NCBI GenBank assembly: GCA_035319735.1
Contig: DATHCD010000075.1
Span: forward strand, 17,154 to 81,153
Source of the DNA: Xanthobacteraceae bacterium
Lineage (GTDB): Bacteria; Pseudomonadota; Alphaproteobacteria; Rhizobiales; Xanthobacteraceae
Reading direction: 5' to 3'
Length of the DNA: 64,000 bases
In this document: one piece after another, positions 53,878-62,868 of the stretch
Numbering within the stretch: position 1 is the stretch's first letter
Layout of the letters: every line of letters starts with the position of its first letter
Notes under the pieces: generated by a model
The model's database searches: none
What the model saw: the letters and a program-made list of their open reading frames with translations, nothing else
What the model was told of the DNA's origin: nothing
Made by a program: the position numbers and the translations under genes

Positions 53878-54411
53878 TCAGTTTACACCGGTTTCGGCGA
53901 GCGGCGCGGCAGGCGGGGCGTTGTCGATGCTTTCGCTGGCCAGCCTGCGCGGCTGCGGACCGTAGTAGTCGCCCATCTGCACGGCCGGCCGCGGCTGCGC
54001 CGTGATCGAGACCAAACGGTCGTACAGGGCTTTCGCCGAAACCGGCTTGATCAGATATTCGTTGACGCCGAGTCGCATGGCCTCGACGACGCGCCAGCGT
54101 TCGCCGTGTCCGCTCAGCATGATGATCGGCACGTCCGGCACCGGGAACACGCCGGGCGAACGCACGATGCGCACAAGTTCGGCGCCGCTCAGGAGTGGCA
54201 TCTCCCAGTCGAGAATCACCACATCGGGACCGACAGTGCGAATTGTGTCCAGGGCGGCGATTCCGTCCGCAGCCTCGTAAATGTCCTTGACCCCGCAATT
54301 GACGAGCAGATTGCGGATCATCTTGCGCATGTATTGGTTGTCGTCGACCACCACGACGCAGAGCGACTGGATCAGGTCCGCAACTTCCTTCTTCGACAGC
54401 TTGGATGGCAT
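53878..54411 (-). CDS. Single-domain CheY-like response regulator with a C-terminal extension
   Basis: Internal ATG 54411. VVVVDDNQYMRKMI, DVVILDWEMP (phospho-acceptor Asp), IIMLSGH, LIKP. Confidence 0.85.
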   Translation of the reverse strand: MPSKLSKKEVADLIQSLCVVVVDDNQYMRKMIRNLLVNCGVKDIYEAADGIAALDTIRTVGPDVVILDWEMPLLSGAELVRIVRSPGVFPVPDVPIIMLSGHGERWRVVEAMRLGVNEYLIKPVSAKALYDRLVSITAQPRPAVQMGDYYGPQPRRLASESIDNAPPAAPLAETGVN

Positions 54412-54620
54412 GACTCGACCGGCAGTGACGGCTAACGGGCGCCCCTCGCGATACCGTCGCATCAGAGCATGAGCGCCTTGCAGGTTGGTAAAGCCAAGGC
54501 CGACAGTTCGAGCGGTCCAGGCCGGCGAACCAAGCCGCGCTCGCCGGAATGGTGAGCGTTCAGTTAATTTCCTGCGCGGCGTCGCTGCGCCTTGCGATGA
54601 AGGCGAAGCGCCCGGCGTGA

Positions 54621-55271
54621 TCAGTTGACCACAACGATTTCACTCAAGTCGTGATCGGATTCCGGCTTATAGGACGAGAGCTTGCGCGGTTCGGGCCCGT
54701 AATAGTCGCCCTTCTTCACCATCCGACGCGGCTTGCAGAGGATGGAGACCAAGCGCGCGAGCAAGGCCTTCGAGGAAACCGGCTTGACGAGAAATTCATT
54801 GACGCCGAGCCGCACCGCTTCAACCACGCGCGAACGCTCGGCATAGGCGGTGAGCATGATGATCGGCACGCTGGGGAGCGGAAAGCTGCCTGGCGAACGA
54901 ACCGTGCGCATGAATTGCCCCCCGTTTGGGCTCGGCATTTCCCAGTCGAGAATGACCACGTCCGGCGTCAGCGTGCAGATCGCTTCGAGGCCGCTGCGGC
55001 CATCGTGGGCCTCGTGGATGTTGCGCACTCCGATCACCTGCAGAAGCGAGCGGGTCACCTTGCGCATGGTGTGTTCGTCGTCGACGATCAGCACCTTGAG
55101 CGCTTCGAGCCGTCTGGCAATTTCCGGTTCCACGACGCGCTCCGCGATCTCGGCGGCGAAGGGTGACGCAATTTCCCCGGGCAATATCGCCACAAACCCT
55201 AAACTTGGCCTGAAATAGATCGATAAAATTTGAACGATCGGCAACGATATTTCCGCCTGCGCGCGAAACAT
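54621..55271 (-). CDS. Single-domain CheY-like response regulator, tandem paralogue with a ~60-aa N-terminal extension
   Basis: Internal ATG 55271. VLIVDDEHTMRKV, DVVILDWEMP, IIMLTAY, LVKP. The C-terminal KKGDYYGPEPRKL parallels QMGDYYGPQPRRL in the neighbour. Confidence 0.8.
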   Translation of the reverse strand: MFRAQAEISLPIVQILSIYFRPSLGFVAILPGEIASPFAAEIAERVVEPEIARRLEALKVLIVDDEHTMRKVTRSLLQVIGVRNIHEAHDGRSGLEAICTLTPDVVILDWEMPSPNGGQFMRTVRSPGSFPLPSVPIIMLTAYAERSRVVEAVRLGVNEFLVKPVSSKALLARLVSILCKPRRMVKKGDYYGPEPRKLSSYKPESDHDLSEIVVVN

Positions 55272-55285
55272 CGAGGCGGGGCCGG

Positions 55286-56770
55286 CTAGGTGCCGGCCTG
55301 CGCCATGAAGCGGTCGAGCATCGCGCGCTGCGCATCGGAAAAGCGCAAGCCGAGCTTCGAGCGGCGCCACAGCACGTCGTCCCCCGTCTGCGCCCATTCC
55401 TTAGCCATCAGGTAACGCACCTCGGCGGCGGTGAGATCGGCGCCGAAGCGCATGCCGAGATCGTCGAGCCGGGTGGCGGACTTCAGTATGTTGTCGACGC
55501 GCGTGCCGTAGGCGGCGATCAGACGCCGCACGTGGTCAGCAGTAAGGAATGGCCACCGCCGCTGCGTGCGTGCGATGAGCGCCGGCGCGCCGTCATAGGT
55601 GAAGTCGCCGCCGGGCAATCGGCTCTCGGCGGTCCATGGTTGCGACGGCGGGAAGAAATGCGAAAGCTTCGCCAGCGCAGCCTCGGCGAGGCGGCGATAG
55701 GTCGTCAGCTTGCCGCCATAGACCGTGAGCAACGGCGCCGCGCGCGAGCGCCGGTCGAGGATGAGGACGTAATCGCGGCCGACGTCCTGCGCCTTGCGGG
55801 TGCCACGCGCGTACAGCGCACGCACACCGGCAAAGGCCCACACCGCGTCCACAGCTGCGATCGCGGTGCGGAAATACTCGTTCACAACGCCGCAGAGATA
55901 GTCCATCTCCTCCGCCGTCGCCATGACCGCGGCGGGATCGCCGGAAAAATTTCGGTCGGTCGTGCCGATGAGGGTGAAGTCGCGCTCGAAAGGGATGGTG
56001 AACACGACCCTGCCGTCGGCCGCCTGCAAGAGGTAGGCGCGTTCATGCTCGTAGAGGCGACGCACGACGATGTGGCTGCCCTTGTCGAGCCGAAGCCGCC
56101 GCGGCGGCGGTTGCCGCAGCACGGTCTCGGCCACCATCCCCACCCAGGGGCCAGCCGCGCTCACCAGCACCCGTGCCGTCACCACCTCGCGCCGGCCCTG
56201 CGCGTTGAGGGTCAACCGCCAACCGTCGGCCCGCTCGGCGCGCACGCAGCGCGTGCGGGTGCGGATCGTCGCGCCGCGCTCGGCGGCATCGACGGCGTTG
56301 AGTACTACAAGGCGCGCATCATCGGCAAAGCAGTCGGAATATTCGTAGCCGTCATGGAAGGCCCGCTTGAGCGGCAGGCCCGCCTCGTCGGTGAGAAGAT
56401 CGACGGCGCGCGAAGGCGGCAGGATTTCCCGCCGGCCGATGCAGTCATAGACGAGAAGGCCGAGCCGAATAAGGAGCGGCGAGCGCCTCGCCGCATCGAG
56501 CGGCAGCACGAAGCGCAGCGGCCGAATGAGGTGCGGCGCCATCCGCAACAGCACCTCGCGTTCGGCGAGCGCGGCGCGCACCAGCCACAACGCGCCGTGC
56601 TCGAGATAGCGCAGCCCGCCGTGAATGAGCTTCGAGGACGCGGCCGACGTGCCTGAGGCGAGGTCGTTCTGCTCGACCAGCACGACCTTGAGGCCGCGCC
56701 CAGCGGCATCGCGGGCAATGCCGACACCATTGATGCCGCCGCCGATGATGGCGAGATCGAAATCGGGCAC
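55286..56770 (-). CDS. glpD: FAD-dependent glycerol-3-phosphate dehydrogenase
   Basis: GTG start preceded by GGGGAG. DLAIIGGGINGVGIARDAAGRGLKVVLVEQNDLASGTSAASSKLIHGGLRYLE is the canonical GlpD N-terminus. 494 aa. Confidence 0.9.
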   Translation of the reverse strand: MPDFDLAIIGGGINGVGIARDAAGRGLKVVLVEQNDLASGTSAASSKLIHGGLRYLEHGALWLVRAALAEREVLLRMAPHLIRPLRFVLPLDAARRSPLLIRLGLLVYDCIGRREILPPSRAVDLLTDEAGLPLKRAFHDGYEYSDCFADDARLVVLNAVDAAERGATIRTRTRCVRAERADGWRLTLNAQGRREVVTARVLVSAAGPWVGMVAETVLRQPPPRRLRLDKGSHIVVRRLYEHERAYLLQAADGRVVFTIPFERDFTLIGTTDRNFSGDPAAVMATAEEMDYLCGVVNEYFRTAIAAVDAVWAFAGVRALYARGTRKAQDVGRDYVLILDRRSRAAPLLTVYGGKLTTYRRLAEAALAKLSHFFPPSQPWTAESRLPGGDFTYDGAPALIARTQRRWPFLTADHVRRLIAAYGTRVDNILKSATRLDDLGMRFGADLTAAEVRYLMAKEWAQTGDDVLWRRSKLGLRFSDAQRAMLDRFMAQAGT

Positions 56771-56880
56771 TGATTCTCCCCTTGGCGCAACATAGCAAAT
56801 CCCGTCTTCTCGCCTGGGCGCAAATGAAGGATTATCTCCCGTCCGTCCGCTTCGGCGGTGAGATCGGCGAGGCGCGCAAA

Positions 56881-57585
56881 ATGGATTTCCATGGTCGTCA
56901 CATCGTGATCACCGGCGGCGCCGGCGCGCTGGGCGGCGCCGTGGTCGAGGCGCTCCTCGACGCCGGCGCGACCTGTCACGTGCCCTGCTTCGACGAGGCG
57001 GAAGCGCAGCGTTTTCGTCTGCGCGAGCACCGGCAGGTCGCGCTCACCGTCACCGGCAGCCTCGCCGATGAGCGCGCCGTCAACCGCCTCTATCAGGGAA
57101 TAGCGCCGCTCTGGGCCTCGATCCACCTGGCTGGTGGTTTTGCCGCAGGACCGCTACGGGAGACCAGCGCAGCAACACTGCAACAGCAGATCGAGATGAA
57201 CCTCGTCACCTGCTTGCTTTGCTGCCGCGCGGCGGTGAGCGCCATGACAAGCGGTGGCGGGAGCGGCGGCCGCATCGTCAATGTCGCCGCCCGCGCGGCG
57301 CTCGAATGGCGCAGTGGTGCCGGCACGGCCGCCTACACCGCGAGCAAAGCGGCCGTCGCCGCGCTGACCGTCGCCCTCGCCCAGGAGGTCGCAAACGACG
57401 GCATCCTCGTCAACGCAGTCGCGCCGTCCATCATGGACACGCCGACCAATCGCCGCGCCATGCCTAAGGCCGATTACGGCCTTTGGCCGAAGGTCGAAGA
57501 GGTCGCAGCGACGATTCTGTTCCTCGCCTCCCCGGAGAACCGCGTCACCCGCGGCGCCGTTGTCCCGGTCTACGGGCGGTCGTGA
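56881..57585 (+). CDS. SDR-family oxidoreductase
   Basis: Internal ATG 56881. ITGGAGALGGA, YTASKAAVAAL (YxxxK). Confidence 0.85.
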   Translation: MDFHGRHIVITGGAGALGGAVVEALLDAGATCHVPCFDEAEAQRFRLREHRQVALTVTGSLADERAVNRLYQGIAPLWASIHLAGGFAAGPLRETSAATLQQQIEMNLVTCLLCCRAAVSAMTSGGGSGGRIVNVAARAALEWRSGAGTAAYTASKAAVAALTVALAQEVANDGILVNAVAPSIMDTPTNRRAMPKADYGLWPKVEEVAATILFLASPENRVTRGAVVPVYGRS

Positions 57586-57599
57586 ATGGCATCGAGCGG

Positions 57600-58013
57600 C
57601 TAATAGCCCGGCCACAATCCCGGCGTCGCCAGCTCGACGAGGTGGCCGTCTGGGTCGCGGAAGTAGATGCTCTCGCCGCCGCGCGGCCATCTGGTGCGGC
57701 CTTCGATCGGAATATCCTCCGCCTCGAGCCGCTCCTCCCAGGCGGGCAGATCATCGGCCGCGATCGAGAAGGCGATGTGCACCGGTCCATGACCGTCATG
57801 CGGCGGGATGGTGCCGCCGGGCAGCTGCACGGTCTCGAACGAGCGGCCGCGCAAGAAAAGAAGCAGCACGCCGCGCGAGCCGACATCGTAGGCGCACAGC
57901 CGCTGATCGCGATAGATGCTGTTGAGGCCGAGCACCTGCTCGTAGAACGGGCACGCGCGCTCGAACTCCTCGACGTAGAGCGCAGTTTCAAGAATACCGA
58001 GCAGATTGGGCAT
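57600..58013 (-). CDS. VOC / glyoxalase-family protein
   Basis: A 137-aa ORF. Paired beta-alpha-beta-beta-beta modules; HIAFSI...IYFRDPDGHLVEL. Confidence 0.85.
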   Translation of the reverse strand: MPNLLGILETALYVEEFERACPFYEQVLGLNSIYRDQRLCAYDVGSRGVLLLFLRGRSFETVQLPGGTIPPHDGHGPVHIAFSIAADDLPAWEERLEAEDIPIEGRTRWPRGGESIYFRDPDGHLVELATPGLWPGY

Positions 58014-58019
58014 GACAGT

Positions 58020-59384
58020 TTAACCCGAGACCGGGACGACGTCGCGCGCCGGGAAGCGTACCAGCCGGCTGACGGCACCGGCGGCGACCACGGCATGCTG
58101 CTGCGCATAGGCCTCGTGGTTCTGCTCGATGTAATCGAGGTCGTAAAGGTAGTTCACCATCAGGCCGTAGGACTGCTGCAGCGCCCGTTCCGACGTGTCG
58201 GCGGGCCAGTCGAGCCGTTCGAGCCGTGCGCCATTGCCGAGGTGGAACCGGGCCACCGAATCGACCGGCAATCCCCGGCTGTTGCGCGCGCGAATGAAAT
58301 ACCAGGCCGCGGCGCGCTGCAATGGCGCCCTAATCGTTTCGATCACGTCCGGCGCGCGCCACCAAGCGCTGGCATCGAGTGCCGCGAGCGCCGCGCGATC
58401 CTCCTCATCGATCGCCAGCGAGCCTTCATTGGCGCGCTCGCGCTTGAGCCATTGCGCAAAGTCGGGCGCCGGCGACAGCGTGACGAAAGCGGAGATGCGC
58501 GGCATCTCGCGCGAGACTTCCTCCACCACCTGCTTGATGAGAAAGCTGCCGAAGCTCACGCCGGCGAGACCGCGCTGGCAATTGGTGATCGAGTAGAACG
58601 TCGCCGTCGTGGCGCGCGTCGGCTCGACGACCTCGCGCTTGTCGGAAAGAACCGGGGAGATCGCCGCGGGAATTTCCCGCGTCAACGCCACCTCGACGAA
58701 GATCAAAGGCTCGTCGACCAACGCCGGATGAAAAAAGGCGTAGCAGCGGCGGTCGGGCAGGTCGATGCGGCGACGCAGATCCGCCCAGTCGCGGATCTCG
58801 TGCACGGCCTCATAGCGGATGATCTTTTCCAGGATCAGGGCCGGCGTTGACCAGTCGATCCGGCGCAGCACCAGGAAGCCGCGGTTGAACCACGACGAGA
58901 ACAGGTGGATGAAATCGCTGTCGACGACGCTCAGATCGCCGCGGTGATCCACGGCGTCGAGGAGCTGCTCGCGCATGCGCACCAGCGCGGCGGTGCCGCC
59001 AGGCGCAAGATTGAGGCGGCGAAGGAGCTCGAGCCGGCGTGGCTCGGCGGCGCGGTTGAGCCCGGCCGCGGTCTTCGCCGAGGGGGACTGGCGCCAAGCG
59101 GCGATCGCTTCGTCGATGCGGGCGGGATCGTGACCGAAGGTGGTCGCCAGCGCCTCGAAGAAGGCGATGCGCGGCCCGATGGTCAGCTCCGCATAATCGG
59201 CAAGGATCTCGTCCGCCAGCGCGACGCCGGAGGCCTCGCCGCGGCCCGTGAGCAATGCCTCGCACAGCTCGATGAGACCGGCCGAGCGCTCACGGGACCG
59301 CTCGCGGCGCTCGCGCAGTATCAATGCGCGGCTGCGGTCGGCGATGCTCTGCAGCAATTCGCTGAAGAATGAGGTGTTCACCAT
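58020..59384 (-). CDS. Malonyl-CoA decarboxylase
   Basis: A 454-aa ORF. FFHPALVDEPLIFVEVAL, FYSITNCQRGLAGVSFGSFLIKQV and VARFHLGNGARLERL are hallmark MCD segments. Only 6 nt separate it from the VOC gene. Confidence 0.9.
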   Translation of the reverse strand: MVNTSFFSELLQSIADRSRALILRERRERSRERSAGLIELCEALLTGRGEASGVALADEILADYAELTIGPRIAFFEALATTFGHDPARIDEAIAAWRQSPSAKTAAGLNRAAEPRRLELLRRLNLAPGGTAALVRMREQLLDAVDHRGDLSVVDSDFIHLFSSWFNRGFLVLRRIDWSTPALILEKIIRYEAVHEIRDWADLRRRIDLPDRRCYAFFHPALVDEPLIFVEVALTREIPAAISPVLSDKREVVEPTRATTATFYSITNCQRGLAGVSFGSFLIKQVVEEVSREMPRISAFVTLSPAPDFAQWLKRERANEGSLAIDEEDRAALAALDASAWWRAPDVIETIRAPLQRAAAWYFIRARNSRGLPVDSVARFHLGNGARLERLDWPADTSERALQQSYGLMVNYLYDLDYIEQNHEAYAQQHAVVAAGAVSRLVRFPARDVVPVSG

Positions 59385-59543
59385 GGTCCCATTCGCCCGG
59401 CGTAGCTGAGCTAGTAACTGCCGGCGACGATGACAAGCCAGGCCCGCCCCCTACCCTCCGCGCAGGACGAAACGGCAGGAAGCCGACCGTAGACAAAGTG
59501 GCGCGGCTTTGTCACTTAGAGCGCGTTGCTTCGGGAGTCTGTG

Positions 59544-60716
59544 ATGCCGGGTCCATTGGCCGGTCTGCGCGTGCTCGAGCTTGCTCGCATCCTGGCGGGA
59601 CCGTGGGCCGGGCAAATCCTTGCCGATCTTGGCGCCGACGTGATCAAGGTCGAGCGTAAGGGCGTCGGCGACGACACACGCAGCTGGGGGCCGCCTTTCG
59701 TTCCCGCCGCCGACGGCGGTCACCTCGATTCCGCGTATTTCCACGGCACCAATCGCGGCAAGCGCTCGATCGAACTCGATTTCGACAGCGAGGACGGACG
59801 GCGCATCGTCAGGAAGCTCGCCGCCCGCTCCGACGTGGTGATCGAGAACTTCAAGGTCGGCACCCTCGCCAAGTTCGGCTTCGATTATGAAAGTCTGGCG
59901 CGCGACAACCCGCGGCTCGTTTATTGCTCGGTGACCGGCTTCGGCCAGAGCGGCCCAGACGCCGCGCGCCCCGGCTACGATCTCATGGCGCAAGGCATCG
60001 GCGGGATCATGGATCTCACCGGCAATCCCGACGACGAGCCACTGCGGGTCGGCGTGCCCGTGTCCGATCTCTTCACCGGCGTCTATTCGGTGATCGGCAT
60101 CCTCGCGGCGCTGGCACGGCGGGAAAAGACAGGGCGCGGCGGCTATATCGATACCGCGCTCATCGATTCGACCGTCGGCGTTCTCGCCAACCAGGCGCTC
60201 AATTACCTCGTTTCCGGCAAAGTCCCACACCGCATGGGCAATGCGCATCCGAACATCACGCCCTATCAGGTCTTTCCGGTCGCCGACGGCCACATCATCA
60301 TCGCCAGCGGCAACGACAGCCAGTTCGCCAAGCTGTGCGGCGCATTGGGCGAGCCGGAGCTCGCCAAGGAGCCGGCCTATTCGGACAACAAGGCGAGACT
60401 CGCGCACCGCGGCGAGCTCGTCGCGCGCATTAGCGCGTTGACCGCCCGCCTGTCGCGCGCCGAGCTGTTGGACAAACTCGAAGCCGTGGGCGTGCCCGCA
60501 GGCCCGATCAACGATCTCGCCCAGGTCTTTTCCGATCCGCAGGTGATTCACCGCGCCATGCGGCTCGAACTGCCGAGCGCCGCGGCCGCGGGGGCAAAAA
60601 TCCCCGGCGTGCGCACGCCGATCATGCTTGACGGTACGCCGATGGCGGCGGAACGCCCCTCGCCGCGACTCGGCGAGCACACCGCCGAAATCCTACGCGA
60701 GATCGGTGAGGCGTGA
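59544..60716 (+). CDS. Family III (CaiB/BaiF) CoA-transferase
   Basis: ATG 59544 preceded by GGGAG. PLAGLRVLELARILAGPWAGQILADLGADVIKVE...GDDTR, GYDLMAQGIGGIMDLTG. Confidence 0.9.
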   Translation: MPGPLAGLRVLELARILAGPWAGQILADLGADVIKVERKGVGDDTRSWGPPFVPAADGGHLDSAYFHGTNRGKRSIELDFDSEDGRRIVRKLAARSDVVIENFKVGTLAKFGFDYESLARDNPRLVYCSVTGFGQSGPDAARPGYDLMAQGIGGIMDLTGNPDDEPLRVGVPVSDLFTGVYSVIGILAALARREKTGRGGYIDTALIDSTVGVLANQALNYLVSGKVPHRMGNAHPNITPYQVFPVADGHIIIASGNDSQFAKLCGALGEPELAKEPAYSDNKARLAHRGELVARISALTARLSRAELLDKLEAVGVPAGPINDLAQVFSDPQVIHRAMRLELPSAAAAGAKIPGVRTPIMLDGTPMAAERPSPRLGEHTAEILREIGEA

Positions 60717-60772
60717 GCCGAAAGCCGGTGATATTTCGAGGCGATCGAGCGCGCGCCGCGGCCGTTCTTCGT

Positions 60773-61363
60773 CTAGCCGTACAGCTTTCGTGTCGTGCCG
60801 CTGCGCTCGACTTCGCGCGCGGCCCGGTAGGTACGACCGACGAAATCCATCGACGGGTTGGAGACGCCGAACCAGAATTTCTCGCTGATGTAGTGATGGC
60901 GCAGGTGATACTGCTTCTGCCAGCGCCCGAAACGCGTTCGCGGCTGATAGGGAATGTGGGCGACGTAATGCACCCATTCGTAGTGAAGGATCGCCAGCGT
61001 CACGCCGAACATCGCCGAGGCGACAGCGGCCCAGCCGAAGATGAGAGCGAAGGCGAGCGCGGTGACGGCGAAATTGGGGATGAGAAACCAGACCGGCAGA
61101 AACAGAAGATCGAGACGATCGGGCTCGGCGTGATGATCGTAATGGAGCCGATGCTGCAATTTGCGTACAAAGGCAAAACGCGACGGTTCGGCGTGGAAGG
61201 CGTAGCGGTGATAGCCGTATTCGCTGACATAGAACGTCAAGGCGCCGATGGCGACGAATGGTAACGAAAACGGCCAGACCCCGGCAACAAATCCCACGGC
61301 GAGCATCGCGACCCCGAGCGCCAGCCAGACGTTGGAGCCATGCCGCAAGAAGGTGGGGATCAT
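60773..61363 (-). CDS. Fatty-acid hydroxylase / sterol desaturase superfamily membrane protein
   Basis: ATG preceded by GGAGAAGG. Histidine boxes HRYAFH, HRLHYDHH, HYEWVHYVAH and HLRHH. Confidence 0.8.
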   Translation of the reverse strand: MIPTFLRHGSNVWLALGVAMLAVGFVAGVWPFSLPFVAIGALTFYVSEYGYHRYAFHAEPSRFAFVRKLQHRLHYDHHAEPDRLDLLFLPVWFLIPNFAVTALAFALIFGWAAVASAMFGVTLAILHYEWVHYVAHIPYQPRTRFGRWQKQYHLRHHYISEKFWFGVSNPSMDFVGRTYRAAREVERSGTTRKLYG

Positions 61364-61470
61364 CGGCCTTCTCCGAATTCGAACCCGTGCGTCGTAATTG
61401 CTCGTGCCAAATCGGCCGCGCTTTGATCTCTGCAGGCCGGCAGAACGCAGAAAGCTCGTCCGCCAGCCGA

Positions 61471-62073
61471 CTATGCTCGCACGGAATCGGAATTCGCGCC
61501 AGGCGGCGCGTTGCGACGCCGGATCAGTTCAACGATGCTGGCGGCGAAGGCGTCGACCGCAGGCCATGAGGTATATTCGATACGGGCGTCGGGGTCGGTC
61601 GGTCCCCCAGTGAGCAGCATGATGAAGCGGATGATCTGGCGATCGAGCGCGCCATACAGCCGATAGTCGAGGCGTCCGGCAAAGGCGACCGCCACGGCCG
61701 GCTCGAGGCGATGACGCGCAATGGCCTTGCGTAGATAGACATTGCCCGCGATCGTGGTTTTGCCGGCCTTGCGGGCGGTCAGATTGACCGAGGCGAGCGC
61801 CAATGGCGGCGGCGACGGAAGTGCCCGATAGGCCGCCAGGAAACGATCCGCCTCCGGCAAGTGCCGGCCGTAGCGGACGGCAGCAACCACTATCACCGCC
61901 GCGGCGGCAGCGAGCTCGGAAGGCGGAGGCGGTGCCGCCGCAATGTCCCGCGCGGGAGCGGATATTTCGCTCTCCGCCAGGCGACGGGATATGTGCTCCG
62001 CAATACGCCGCGATTGCCCGTCGCGCGTCGCGTAATAGACCGCAGCGATCGTATGTCGATCAACCGTCGACAT
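61471..62073 (-). CDS. hemG: HemG-type (flavodoxin-like, quinone-dependent) protoporphyrinogen IX dehydrogenase
   Basis: [19 protein letters not shown] parallels E. coli ILFSTRDGQTREIA. The HemG-specific loop [23 protein letters not shown] parallels [53 protein letters not shown] parallels [28 protein letters not shown] (E. coli sequence recalled from memory). Confidence 0.75.
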   Translation of the reverse strand: [200 protein letters not shown]

Positions 62074-62120
62074 CGAGCGTCCGAATCCAGCGCACTATGA
62101 CTCCAGCGAGCTAAAGCGGA

Positions 62121-62140
62121 GGCGGCGTCGACACGCCGCC
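62121..62140 (-). terminator. Possible hairpin between the small CXXCH gene and hemG
   Basis: GGCGGCGT-CGAC-ACGCCGCC, an 8-bp stem, about 105 nt downstream of the stop at 62246. On the minus strand it is followed by TCCGCTTT. Confidence 0.3.
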
Positions 62141-62245
62141 GATCACGACGACAATCGGGGCGCCGTGTTTGCTGGTGCGGCTAGCAAGCGTCGAACGCGT
62201 GCGGCGACTCACGACTTCCTGCCGCCCTTAGCTCTCCTTCCGGCG

Positions 62246-62440
62246 TCATTTTTTCAGATTAGACTTGCTCGGCGGTGAGCCCGCATGGCAGTTGCCGCAT
62301 GGCTGGCCCTTCGCAATAGCCGGCGTTGCCTGTGCATTCGGCGTCGCGACGGTGAGCATCGCCGCCGTCAGCAAGACCAGCGTCGCCGTGCCGACGAACC
62401 CACTCACAATCGCCAATTTGATCGTTTTCGCGTATTGCAT
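62246..62440 (-). CDS. Very small exported or anchored protein with a CXXCH haem-c motif (64 aa precursor)
   Basis: Internal ATG 62440 of ORF 62246..62533, preceded by GGAGAATGACA. MQYAKTIKLAIVSGFVGTATLVLLTAAMLTVATPNAQA (signal or anchor), then TPAIAKGQPCGNCHAGSPPSKSNLKK. Confidence 0.55.
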   Translation of the reverse strand: MQYAKTIKLAIVSGFVGTATLVLLTAAMLTVATPNAQATPAIAKGQPCGNCHAGSPPSKSNLKK

Positions 62441-62868
62441 TGTCATTCTCCGATTTATCCGGACCGTTTGCACAAGGCATGTCCCGAAGACGCGTCGGAT
62501 CATAGTCGGATGACCGCGCCAGGCAACATCCAAGAACTCGAAGTCAACCGTTTATGCAGTACGCGGCCGCGGAGAGAACGCAGCACGGGCGAAGCGAGCG
62601 GCACCCGGCGGCAGACGGTGACCGCCCCCTGGAGGCGGCTCAACTGGTGCCGCCACGCCTCACCGCTTCCGCCGAGGCCCGTTTTCCGAACCGATTGACG
62701 GGCAATGACCGTCTGATGACCGGTTTGATACGTATCAATGACCCTCCTCCGGCTCGACGGCTAAGCTGTTTGCGAGATCGGCGGATCCTGGGCGCGGTGG
62801 GGACGCCTGCGTCGATGATTTGGCGTTGTTGAAAGGCCGCGGCCCTTTCCGGCGCCGAAAGAGAAGTG

